Shown here piece by piece: positions 46,642-55,702 of a DNA stretch of 64,000 nt (the first letter of the stretch is position 1; each line of letters begins with the position of its first letter). The notes under the pieces were generated by a model. That model did not search any database, was not told where the DNA came from, and saw only the letters and a program-made list of their open reading frames with translations. Made by a program: the position numbers and the translations under genes. The stretch is from an uncultured Haloferula sp. (lineage in GTDB: Bacteria > Verrucomicrobiota > Verrucomicrobiia > Verrucomicrobiales > Akkermansiaceae). Location: contig CBFGTS010000005.1 of the NCBI GenBank assembly GCA_965652295.1, positions 64,001 through 128,000 of the forward strand. Reading direction: 5' to 3'.

Positions 46642-47694
46642 TCAGCAGGCTTCGCGCCGCCGGTGGCCCGCCCAGCCGAGCGCGGCGAGGCCCATGAGAA
46701 TCATGGTCGAAGGCTCGGGCACGGTCGTGAAATTGAGGTCGCGGAGGAAGGCGAGGTCGAGTTCGGTCAATTCCTTGCGGGTTCCCGTCGTCAGGTTTGG
46801 ATCCATCACGACTTCCTGCATCACGCCATCCGAAAGACGCGGGCTCATCACCCCCGTGGCGATGTGACCGCCGCCGCCATCGATCAGCCCCACGCCGGAG
46901 CCTTGGAGCGCGATCACTTCAGCTCCCAGCCAGTCGGTGCCCGAAACCTGGGCATCCCACAGCCCGTAGGTGCCGATGCCGATGGCGTGCAGCATTTCGT
47001 GCAGGGCCACCGAGTACAAATCCGACATCCCGAATCCGACCGCGGTGGTGTGATCCAAGTGCCAGCTGGAGGAGCCATCGTTGTCGAACCACAGATTGCC
47101 GACGGTCGGTCCGAAGCCGAGGGTGAAGGATGCGGGGACGCCGCCCAAGGTGACGACATCGGAAAACGATCCGACCTCCACGTCGGTATCGCGGCCCAGC
47201 GCGTTGTTGAAGTTGGTCTCCGCTGTCGCGACGGCACCGGCCCACTCCGTGGCATAGTCCGGGGAGCTGCTTCCGCCGCCCGGCGTATACCCGAGGCCCC
47301 CCGGTCCACCTTGGCCGAGGGTGGATCCACCAAGGGAGCGGCTTCCGACGTAAACCCGGAATTCGTTCGCCGCGAGGTTGATGTCGGTGAGGTCGACCTG
47401 CGCGCCAGTGTCCGGATTCGTGTAGCTGAGATGGGCGGTGAACGTCGAGGTGGTGGCACCGTTCGAACCGGTATAGACAAGATCCGGAGAACTCAGCGCC
47501 GCCAGCGACGAGGTGACCGCATTTGAAAGATCGGCGGCGGCAGCGGCCACGGCAGCGCGCGCGGCCAGTCCGTCCGCGGTATTGGTGTCGAAAAAGGAAC
47601 TCGCGCTATGACTGTAATCGAGAGCGATCGAGAACGCGCCCGCGTTCAGACTCAAAAGGGACAGGGCGGAAAAGGTGAGAGCCAGGGTTTTCAT
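46642..47694 (-). CDS. PEP-CTERM protein with a zincin (matrixin-like) metalloprotease motif
   Basis: DLYSVALHEMLHAIG; C-terminal VPEPSTMILMGLAALGWAGHRRR. Confidence 0.88.
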   Translation of the reverse strand: MKTLALTFSALSLLSLNAGAFSIALDYSHSASSFFDTNTADGLAARAAVAAAAADLSNAVTSSLAALSSPDLVYTGSNGATTSTFTAHLSYTNPDTGAQVDLTDINLAANEFRVYVGSRSLGGSTLGQGGPGGLGYTPGGGSSSPDYATEWAGAVATAETNFNNALGRDTDVEVGSFSDVVTLGGVPASFTLGFGPTVGNLWFDNDGSSSWHLDHTTAVGFGMSDLYSVALHEMLHAIGIGTYGLWDAQVSGTDWLGAEVIALQGSGVGLIDGGGGHIATGVMSPRLSDGVMQEVVMDPNLTTGTRKELTELDLAFLRDLNFTTVPEPSTMILMGLAALGWAGHRRREAC

Positions 47695-47889
47695 GGTTGA
47701 TGGGGGCGGCAGAGGCCGCGAACTCGGTGCTTTTTCACAATCGGATTTCAGACATCCCGATTTTCAACTTTTGAGTAGTGGATGGAGTACGGTTTTCTCC
47801 GTAACCTCTGCTCCCGATCTCGCGCAAAATGCCCCCCATGGGGGACTTCATGGGCGCGGTAGGAGCTACTACCCTTGCGGCTTAACGCC

Positions 47890-48705
47890 GTGAAAAATCC
47901 CTTCCCTTTCCGCATCCCTGCCGCTCTCGTCGGCTTCGTCGCCGTCATTTCCGCTGCCTCGGCGGTGACCATCTGGCCCGTAGGCGATTCGCTGACCTCC
48001 GGTTTCAACGTCGCCGGCGCCTACCGGACCCAGCTGTACGCGGATCTCACCGCCGCGGGCGAAACGGTGAACTTCGTCGGCAGCTCCACCGCCGATGCCT
48101 CCGCACCGCTGACCACCGCCGGCGAAACCCACCACGACGGCCACTCCGGCTGGTTCATCGCGGACGCCGCCACTTCCACCGTGGACAACAACAAGGGCAT
48201 CCTCGACAACGTCGGAGCTTGGTTCCCGGCCCTCTCCCACACTCCGGACGTGATCCTCCTGATGATCGGTACCAACGACATGAATCAGGGCAATTTCGTC
48301 GCCTCCGCCCCTTCACGTCTCAACACGCTGCTCAACCGCCTGGAAATCCTCGCGCCGGAGGCCCGGATCATCGTCGCCTCCATTCCCGCGGCCACGGAAA
48401 CCAACCGCTACAAGAATCCCGCCGTGACCAACCTCGACGGCTCGATCCGGAGCTACAACTCATCGATCGAAAACCTCGTCACCACCCACGCCGGGCTCGG
48501 CCGCAAGGTCGAGTTCCTCGACGTTTACTCCGCCATGACCCTGGACGACCTGACCAGCGACGGGCTCCACTTTTCCCAAGCCGGCTACAACAAGCTCGGA
48601 ACCGTTTGGGCCGAAGCCATCCTGGTGCCCGAGCCGTCCGCCGCCGTCCTAGTCGCCGCCGGTGTCGGCGTGGGCCTGTGCCGTCGCCGGCGCGTCGTCG
48701 CCTAG
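47890..48705 (+). CDS. SGNH/GDSL hydrolase with PEP-CTERM anchor
   Basis: GDSLT, HDGHSG, MIGTND, DGLH and VPEPS..RRRR motifs. Confidence 0.92.
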   Translation: MKNPFPFRIPAALVGFVAVISAASAVTIWPVGDSLTSGFNVAGAYRTQLYADLTAAGETVNFVGSSTADASAPLTTAGETHHDGHSGWFIADAATSTVDNNKGILDNVGAWFPALSHTPDVILLMIGTNDMNQGNFVASAPSRLNTLLNRLEILAPEARIIVASIPAATETNRYKNPAVTNLDGSIRSYNSSIENLVTTHAGLGRKVEFLDVYSAMTLDDLTSDGLHFSQAGYNKLGTVWAEAILVPEPSAAVLVAAGVGVGLCRRRRVVA

Positions 48706-49563
48706 CCAGTCGAGCGCCGCATCGGAGTAATAGACGGCGATCGAGTAGTGGCCTTCGCCATCGATCCAGTTTCCCTCCGCCGTCGGGATCCGCTCGCAGA
48801 GCCGCTGCGCGACTTCGCAGGGCAGGTTCGCGTCCGCCCGGCCGTGCCACATTTTCAGCGGAACGCTCACTTCCTCGGGCCGGAAATCCCACGGCTCCAG
48901 GTAAAGTTCTCCGTCCGTCAGCATCCCCTCGCGCCCGCAACGAACGGCCTCAAGGTAACTGCGGGTCACCATATCCCAGCCGCCGCTCGTGAAGAGCGCC
49001 TCGCGGTCCCGCGGCGGCACGCTTTTCAGCATCCACGACATCGGTGGGCGGTCCGCACCGCGGGCGATCATCCACTGGCTCAGCGGGATGAGGTACGGCA
49101 CCGCATGCCGGCGCGCCGACTTCATCCCGGCCAGAGTCCGGTAAACCCAGTGCATGTGGGAGCGGTCCTGTTCATCGGCCAACGGTGGGGCACCACAGAT
49201 CATGGCGGCCTTTTCCACCCGCCCTCCGAGCATCGCGCAGGTTGCCAGCGTGTAGGGGCCGCCTCCCGAAACGCCGAACACCCGGAAGCGGTCGAGCCCC
49301 AGCCCGTCGGCGAACGCCGCCACATCCTTCGGCCAATCCGAAAACCGCCGCCCCGGCAGCGGATCGGACAGCCCCACTCCCGGCCGGTCCGGTGCCAGGA
49401 TGCGCAGCCCGCGGGAGCGCGCCTTGTCATCCAGAAATGCCGCCTGGTAACGGCTGCTCGGCCAGCCATGGAAATACAGCACCGGCCGCCCCTCCGGATC
49501 GCCATAGTCGGCGTAGCCCATGTTCCGCCCGTCCGGCAGCTTGATCTGTTCGTTTTCCTTCAT
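48649..49563 (-). CDS. Alpha/beta hydrolase
   Basis: HGWPSSR, DRPGVGLS, GVSGG nucleophile, HGRAD and GH motifs. Its 3' end overlaps the convergent gene by 57 bp. Confidence 0.92.
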   Translation of the reverse strand: MKENEQIKLPDGRNMGYADYGDPEGRPVLYFHGWPSSRYQAAFLDDKARSRGLRILAPDRPGVGLSDPLPGRRFSDWPKDVAAFADGLGLDRFRVFGVSGGGPYTLATCAMLGGRVEKAAMICGAPPLADEQDRSHMHWVYRTLAGMKSARRHAVPYLIPLSQWMIARGADRPPMSWMLKSVPPRDREALFTSGGWDMVTRSYLEAVRCGREGMLTDGELYLEPWDFRPEEVSVPLKMWHGRADANLPCEVAQRLCERIPTAEGNWIDGEGHYSIAVYYSDAALDWLGDDAPATAQAHADTGGD

Positions 49564-49627
49564 CGGATGCCGCCATCTTAAGCGGGGATCCGGAGTTTGC
49601 TCCACCGATTCCTGAAGAGCTTGAGTT

Positions 49628-50566
49628 TCACAAGCCGAGCCACGCCCGGCCCCACAACAGCACGAAGGGCAGCGTCACGAGGCTGACGACGGTCGTCGCC
49701 ACCACGATTTCCACCGCCACCGCCGGGCGGCCGCCGTAGAGCTTCGCCAAAAGGATCGGCGACATCGCCGCGGGCATCGCCGCCTGGACCACCATCACCT
49801 GCTTCAGGGTCACGGGCAGCGGCAGCCATCTCGCCAGTGCGAGCATCACCACCGGAATCATCGCCAGCCGCACGATCGAGCCGCCGAGGGAGGCCTTCAG
49901 CGTCGGCCGCTCGGTCCCGATCAGGTCCATGATCACCGCGCCGGTGACGAAGATCGCCAGCGGAAACGCGCCGGCCCCCAGCCACCTCATCGCCTCCCGC
50001 GGCGGACCGGTCACCTGGCGGTCCCAGCCCAGCCCGACCAGCGTCAGCCCGAGCACCACCGAGACCGTCGGCCCGTTGATCACGCGCCGCCACGGCACCC
50101 GCCGGTCGCCGGACATCAGCATCACGCCCACCGACCAGATCGCGAGTTCCACGCCCAGGTTGTGGACGAAGAGCATCGCGATCGCACCGGTGCCCAGCCA
50201 CATCTGCTCGACCACCGGAATCGCCGTGTAGCCGAAATTCTGTACTCCCGCACCCACCGCGAAAGTCCGTTTTCCCTGGCCCTTCTGATATCTCAGCAGT
50301 CCCGCCGCCAGCCATGCGATGGCGAAGCCCGCCACCGTCATCCCGAAGCCCATGCCCAGCCCCCAGGCCACCGCATCGAAGTCGCGCACGCTCTCCGCGC
50401 CGAGGATCTTGTCGAGGATGAAACACGGATACATCACGTGAAACACGAGCTGCAGCACCGACTCGTCGTGGCCGCGCTTCACCAGTCCGGTGAGCCTCGC
50501 CACCGCGCCCCCGATGATCAGCAGGTAGACCGGAAAAACTTGCGTGAGGACCTCCAGCGCGGACAC
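49628..50566 (-). CDS. AEC (auxin efflux carrier)-family transporter
   Basis: NFGYTAIP, INGP, PLAIFVTG and AAMPAA motifs. Confidence 0.9.
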   Translation of the reverse strand: MSALEVLTQVFPVYLLIIGGAVARLTGLVKRGHDESVLQLVFHVMYPCFILDKILGAESVRDFDAVAWGLGMGFGMTVAGFAIAWLAAGLLRYQKGQGKRTFAVGAGVQNFGYTAIPVVEQMWLGTGAIAMLFVHNLGVELAIWSVGVMLMSGDRRVPWRRVINGPTVSVVLGLTLVGLGWDRQVTGPPREAMRWLGAGAFPLAIFVTGAVIMDLIGTERPTLKASLGGSIVRLAMIPVVMLALARWLPLPVTLKQVMVVQAAMPAAMSPILLAKLYGGRPAVAVEIVVATTVVSLVTLPFVLLWGRAWLGL

Positions 50567-50603
50567 GCCCGCACCCTCGGTCCTGCCACGTCCGATGTCG
50601 AGA

Positions 50604-50678
50604 GCCGGCCCCGCGCGCGGGGGGCTACTCGGAGTGCGGACGGGCAGAACGCCGGCCCCGCGCGCGGGGGGCTACTCG
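50604..50678. repeat. 28-bp exact direct repeat (2 copies, 19-bp spacer)
   Basis: GCCGGCCCCGCGCGCGGGGGGCTACTCG at 50604-50631 and 50651-50678. Confidence 0.9.
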
Positions 50679-52015
50679 AACAAGCCCATCACCCGGCAGC
50701 GGTAGTCCATGTAGGTCTTGTAGTCACCGCTGAACCACACGACGTGGCGCTTCCCCGGATGGTTTCTCGCCACGAAGGGCCGCAGGTTGTCCTTCCGCGA
50801 GTGCGAGGTCACCGCCTCCCATTCAAATGAAGCGCCGCCGTCCTTGGTCACGCCGCGATAGATCTCGTAGCGATCGTTCTGTGCGAGCGGCACCTCGTCC
50901 TGCTGGAGATCGAAGGGCCGGCGCGCGTTGGAGGAAAGATAGACCACCGACGGATCCTGCGGGTCGAGGCAGATGCCACCCGCGTAGTCGTCCTCGTCCC
51001 GGTACTTCCCGCATCCGGCTTCGGCAATGAACCGGATCCGCCATTTCGTGCCATCCCAGCGCGCCCAGTAGTAGCGGATGCGGCTGTCCGGCCAGGCGGA
51101 GACGCGCCGGTCCAGGTCGCTTGGCTCATGCGGATGGAGCTGGAAAACGCAGACGGGATGCCCCTCCGCATCATACTCCAGATCCCACACCCAAGCCCGC
51201 CCGTTGGGCATTCCCGCGTCTTTCGACTCCGGGGTTTCGCCCTCGAAATACTGATAGATCACCGTGCCGCGCTCGCCGCCGTCGTGATCCAGCGGCAGCT
51301 CGTCCACGGTCGTAATCACGCTGCCATCCGTCCGCCGGAACGCACCGTCCTCATAGTAGATGTGATACAACGAGTTCTTCACGTTGCGCGGGTGGCCGTC
51401 CGTGTAGGCCAGGTCGATCCGTCCGCGGTCATTCGAGCTGTAGTGGAAATACGGCCGCACCGAGCCGCCGCCCGTCTTCACCAACGGCTTCACCTCCGCC
51501 CAGGTGCGACCCGCATCGTCGCTCGTCGTGTAGGCCGGGTTGAAATTGAGGCTCCGCTGGAAGTTCCACACCCGCTTCTCGTCCTTCAGATAGAAAGTGT
51601 TCGAGTAAGTCACCTTGTCCGCAACCTGCTCGCGGACCTCCTCGCCCCAGTCCTCGATCGATTTCGGCGCGTTCACCTCCGACCTGCGGTGGAAATAGAA
51701 TGGGTCCGCGATGTGGCGGGCGTACATCGCGAGGATCCTGCCGTCCGGCATCACCGTCAGCGACGGGTTGTTATGGTCGTCCCGCTGCCGGGCCGCATCG
51801 CCGCCCAGCACCATGTGGTGCGCCTCCCCGGAGCCGGGCGTGTAACGTGTGACTCCCACGGCTCCATCGCTTTTCACGTAGCCGATGTAGAAGTGCCCTT
51901 CATGAAAGATGCCCCGCTCGTCGTTGAAAAAAGTCCATGCTCCGTCGGGCGCGATCTCGACCGGCTTTGCCGTCAGCACCAACGGCAGCATCGCCGCCCA
52001 CAGACATCGTTTCAT
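50672..52015 (-). CDS. BNR-4 repeat beta-propeller protein (possible glycan-active enzyme)
   Basis: GAWTFFND, DDHNNPSL, Asp-box SDDAGRTW, RPY, DGHP and TKDGGASF motifs. Confidence 0.82.
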   Translation of the reverse strand: MKRCLWAAMLPLVLTAKPVEIAPDGAWTFFNDERGIFHEGHFYIGYVKSDGAVGVTRYTPGSGEAHHMVLGGDAARQRDDHNNPSLTVMPDGRILAMYARHIADPFYFHRRSEVNAPKSIEDWGEEVREQVADKVTYSNTFYLKDEKRVWNFQRSLNFNPAYTTSDDAGRTWAEVKPLVKTGGGSVRPYFHYSSNDRGRIDLAYTDGHPRNVKNSLYHIYYEDGAFRRTDGSVITTVDELPLDHDGGERGTVIYQYFEGETPESKDAGMPNGRAWVWDLEYDAEGHPVCVFQLHPHEPSDLDRRVSAWPDSRIRYYWARWDGTKWRIRFIAEAGCGKYRDEDDYAGGICLDPQDPSVVYLSSNARRPFDLQQDEVPLAQNDRYEIYRGVTKDGGASFEWEAVTSHSRKDNLRPFVARNHPGKRHVVWFSGDYKTYMDYRCRVMGLFE

Positions 52016-52087
52016 GTCGGCACCTTGGGAACACGGTCACCCACTGTCAAACGAGCGGGCGATAGCCCTACAAAAGGGGGGTGGCGG

Positions 52088-55000
52088 CTATCGCTTCACC
52101 CGGCCGTGGCGGTGCAGCGTCTCGCTGATGGTCTGTTCATGGAAATAGCGCGTCAGCTCGATGCGGCCGTTGGATACGGGAGCGGCGGTGGCGAGGCGGA
52201 GGCCGAGATCCGCCGCAGCGAGCCGGATTTCCGGCGCGGCATTGACGACGCGCAGCGTGCCGTAGGTTTCCGGTTCGAGACGCTTCACGAGCTGCTTGGC
52301 CGTTTCCCTCAACACCCTGAACCCCCGCATCCAGTCGAACACCGGTTGGTCGGCGTCGAGCGAGAGATCGATCGCCTCCATGGGCCGACCTGTCGCCAAC
52401 GCGGCGGCCATCATCCGCCGCAGGTCGCGCTCATCCGGTGAGCGGAGAAGCACCCGGCCGATGGCACGGTAGCGGAAGACATTGCTCTCGCACGAGAGCC
52501 CTGACGGGTCGTGCCCGACGCCGAACTCATGCTCCATCCAGTAGGCATCGCTTTCCGCCGCCGGGCGGAACTCGTGGGTCGGATCGAGTTTCAGGAAACG
52601 CTCGACCTGCGGTGAAACCGCCGCCCTGCGCGTGGGCGGGCCCGCGTCCTCCCACATTCCGAACTGGGCGACGTAGTTCGGCCCTCCGGCTTTCGCTCCG
52701 GGACCGAGGCACGAGCCCTTCCACCCACCAAACGGCTGGCGACGCACGATCGCTCCGGTCATCGACCGGTTGATATAGGCATTCCCGACCTCGACCCGCT
52801 CGCGCCACTCGGCGATCTCGGCCGGATCAAGCGAGTGCAGACCACCGGTCAGCCCGAACGAGGAGTCGTTCTGAATCGTGATGGCATGATCGAGGTCCCG
52901 CGCGCGGACCAAGCCGAGCACCGGGCCGAAGCATTCGGTCCGCCGGAACCAGGCATCGGGCTTCACGCCCAGACGGATGCCCGGCGACCACAGCCCCGGG
53001 TTGTCATCCTGCGGCGCGGGCTCAAGCAGCCATGACTCGCCCTCGTCCAGCTTTCGCAACGCCCGCGCCAGCGCCTCGCCCGGCTCTCCGATCAGCGGCG
53101 TGATCACCGCGGCCAGATCCCACGAACCTCCGACTTTCAACGAGGCCGCCGCGTCGCGCAGCTTCCGGCGGAAGGCGGGATCGTCGTAGAGTTCCGCCTC
53201 GACGATCGCCAGCGAGGCCGCCGAGCACTTCTGCCCGGCATGGCCGAAAGCACTGCGCACCAGATCGCGCACCGCCAGATCCGGATCGGCGGCGGCCGTG
53301 ATGACCATCGCGTTCTTGCCGGAGGTTTCCGCGAAGAGCGCCATCTCCGGTCTCCATGAAAGGAACCGCCTCGCCGTCTCCTGCGAGCCCGTCAGCACCA
53401 CCGCGCCGACGCGCTCGTCCGTCACCAGGTCGCGGCCGAGCGGACCATCGGGACACGGTACGAATTGCAGCACCTCGCGCGGCACACCGGCCTGCCACAA
53501 GGTCTCGACCATCCGCCAGGCCGTCAGCACCGTCTGCGGCGCGGGTTTCAGGATCACCGAAGTGCCTGCCGCCAACGCCGTCAGCACGCCGCCGCACGGG
53601 ATGGCAAAGGGGAAATTCCACGGCGGCGTGACCACCACCGGCCCGCAGGGTGTGAAGCAGGAGCCATCGAACCAGCCCCCGTCCTGCCAACTGCGTGCAT
53701 AGTAGTTGGCGAAATCCACCGCTTCGCTGACTTCCGCGTCGGCCTCAAGGACCGATTTCCCGGCCTCCTTCACCATCGTCGCGATCGCCTCACCGCGGAT
53801 CGCCGCCAGACCCGCCGCCGCGCGCAGCAGTACCTCGGACCGCTCGCGGTGCGTCACCGCCCGCCAGCGCTCGCGGGCTTCGACGGCAGCTTCGAGTGCG
53901 GACATGATGTCCTCCCACCCCGCCTCCTGGTACTCGCACACCACGGTGCCGGGACGGGATGGATCGAAGGTGCGGGCCGTGGTCTTACCATCCTGGTGAA
54001 TGCCGCCGATCTGCAACGGCACCCTCGCTGCCGGGGCCTCGCGGGCGGCATCGACGACGCCACGAATCCAATCGACGTTTTCCTCCAGGGAGAAATCCGT
54101 GTCCGGGATGTTGGTGAACGGCTCTTCGGCGTCTTGCGGGGTCGGAGTCTCGACGGAGCGGTCCTGCTGGCGGGCGCTGCGCCACGGGGCGGTGGGGATG
54201 GCTTGGCAGGCGGCGACGAATTTCTCCACCTGCCTCATCCACGCGGCATCGCCGGGCGTCATGCCGAAGAGATCGCGCAGGAAATTCTCCGGCGTCGTAT
54301 TCTCATCGAGCCGGCGGATCAAGTAGGCGATGGCACTGGGAAAGTCGTCGTCGCCCACCACCGGAGCATACAGGTCGAGCCGCCCCGCCTCGCGATGCAC
54401 CACGCGGGCCTGATGATTCGCCATGCCTTCGAGCATTTCGAAGCTCACGCGGTCGGCCACCCCGTACTTTGCGCGGAGCAGCATCGCATAGGCAATGTCG
54501 AACAGGTTGTGGCTCGCCACCCCCACCGCGACGGCGGCCGCATTCTCCGGCCGGCACGCCTCCTGCACCATCCGCTTGAAGTTGGCATCGGTGTGCGTTT
54601 TCGAGCGGTAGGGTGCCAGCGGCCAACCGTGCCACTCGGCTTCGACCGATTCCATCGCCAGGTTTGCGCCCTTCACCAGCCGGATCCGGATCGGCGCGCC
54701 GCCGCCCGCCACCCGTTCGCGAGCCCAGCCGTTGAGGGCCTTCTGCACCGGCCATGCATCCGGCAGATACGCCTGCAAGACCAAACCCGCTCCAAGCTGG
54801 CGGAATTCGTCTTCCGACAGCACCTCGACGAACACCGCACAAGTCAGCCGCAGGTCGCGGTATTCCTCCATGTCCAGATTCACGAACTTCGGCGTCCCAT
54901 CCGCCTTCGGATGACGCATCGCGGCGCGGTAAAGCTCGCGAACCCGGGCCTTCAGCGCCTCGATCGTTTCGCGGTCGGCCACCGGGTGGATCTGGCTGTA

Positions 55001-55594
55001 GATCGCGGACAGTTTCACCGAGACCGCTTCACACGCGGGATCCGTCAGCCGGTCGAGGTTCGCACGCAGCCGCCGCTCCGCCTCTTCCTCACCCAGCACC
55101 GCCTCGCCGAGCTGGTTCAGGATCACCCCCAGCCCCGCCTCGCGCCGACGCCGGAGGTGGCGGGAAAGCGCCGCCGGTTCATCGCGCAGGATCACCCCCG
55201 CGCTCTCGTCGCGCAGTCTGTCGGTGACCTTCGGCATCACCAGCTTCGGAAACCATCCCGCGCCGCAGGCGCCCGCCATCAGAGCCAGCCGCGAGGTCCA
55301 CGGCAGGAAATCCGGCACGCCGAAACGCCCGATCAGTTCCCGGAAAAGCCGCGCTTTCCTGCGGGCCGTCGGCGGCCGGAACATCTCGTCCGCCATCGTG
55401 AAGGTGAAATCCTTGCCCGCCTCGTCCTCCATCATCCGGGCGAGCTGGCGGGCCTGCCGTTTCTCCGGCGGCCGTTGTTCCTTGATCGAGGCACCCAGCA
55501 ATCGCGACGCCAGCGCCACCACCTCCGCCGGGTCCACCTCCGGCACCGGCAGTCGCTCGACCGTCGTGTCCTCCTTCAGCAAGCCGCGTCCCAT
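52088..55594 (-). CDS. putA: Bifunctional proline dehydrogenase / P5C dehydrogenase
   Basis: NLDMEEY, RLVKGAN, ASHNLFD, YLIRRLDENT, PWNFP, AETSGKN, AGQKCSA and ECFGP motifs. Start set at ATG 55594. Confidence 0.95.
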   Translation of the reverse strand: MGRGLLKEDTTVERLPVPEVDPAEVVALASRLLGASIKEQRPPEKRQARQLARMMEDEAGKDFTFTMADEMFRPPTARRKARLFRELIGRFGVPDFLPWTSRLALMAGACGAGWFPKLVMPKVTDRLRDESAGVILRDEPAALSRHLRRRREAGLGVILNQLGEAVLGEEEAERRLRANLDRLTDPACEAVSVKLSAIYSQIHPVADRETIEALKARVRELYRAAMRHPKADGTPKFVNLDMEEYRDLRLTCAVFVEVLSEDEFRQLGAGLVLQAYLPDAWPVQKALNGWARERVAGGGAPIRIRLVKGANLAMESVEAEWHGWPLAPYRSKTHTDANFKRMVQEACRPENAAAVAVGVASHNLFDIAYAMLLRAKYGVADRVSFEMLEGMANHQARVVHREAGRLDLYAPVVGDDDFPSAIAYLIRRLDENTTPENFLRDLFGMTPGDAAWMRQVEKFVAACQAIPTAPWRSARQQDRSVETPTPQDAEEPFTNIPDTDFSLEENVDWIRGVVDAAREAPAARVPLQIGGIHQDGKTTARTFDPSRPGTVVCEYQEAGWEDIMSALEAAVEARERWRAVTHRERSEVLLRAAAGLAAIRGEAIATMVKEAGKSVLEADAEVSEAVDFANYYARSWQDGGWFDGSCFTPCGPVVVTPPWNFPFAIPCGGVLTALAAGTSVILKPAPQTVLTAWRMVETLWQAGVPREVLQFVPCPDGPLGRDLVTDERVGAVVLTGSQETARRFLSWRPEMALFAETSGKNAMVITAAADPDLAVRDLVRSAFGHAGQKCSAASLAIVEAELYDDPAFRRKLRDAAASLKVGGSWDLAAVITPLIGEPGEALARALRKLDEGESWLLEPAPQDDNPGLWSPGIRLGVKPDAWFRRTECFGPVLGLVRARDLDHAITIQNDSSFGLTGGLHSLDPAEIAEWRERVEVGNAYINRSMTGAIVRRQPFGGWKGSCLGPGAKAGGPNYVAQFGMWEDAGPPTRRAAVSPQVERFLKLDPTHEFRPAAESDAYWMEHEFGVGHDPSGLSCESNVFRYRAIGRVLLRSPDERDLRRMMAAALATGRPMEAIDLSLDADQPVFDWMRGFRVLRETAKQLVKRLEPETYGTLRVVNAAPEIRLAAADLGLRLATAAPVSNGRIELTRYFHEQTISETLHRHGRVKR

Positions 55595-55702
55595 CGGTGC
55601 AGTATAGCAAATCCCGCGCCGGATGGGAGTGACGTCCATGCCACACAATACCCCTTCCGGATGCTTGCCGCGCGCTGGCCGGTTCCGCATGGTTCGGCGG
55701 TC

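Noticed and set aside
50430..50445. TACATCACGTGAAACA as a third parS site
   Set aside because: Only one half-site matches (3 mismatches), and it is explained by coding for VFHVM.
50604..50678. Possible CRISPR mini-array
   Set aside because: Only two repeats with a 19-bp spacer, overlapping a CDS end, and no cas genes in the window.
53465..55702. 746-aa N-terminal extension of the uxaC ORF (apparent 1212-aa fusion)
   Set aside because: Antisense to putA. UxaC similarity starts at MAYLDNDF (55703).
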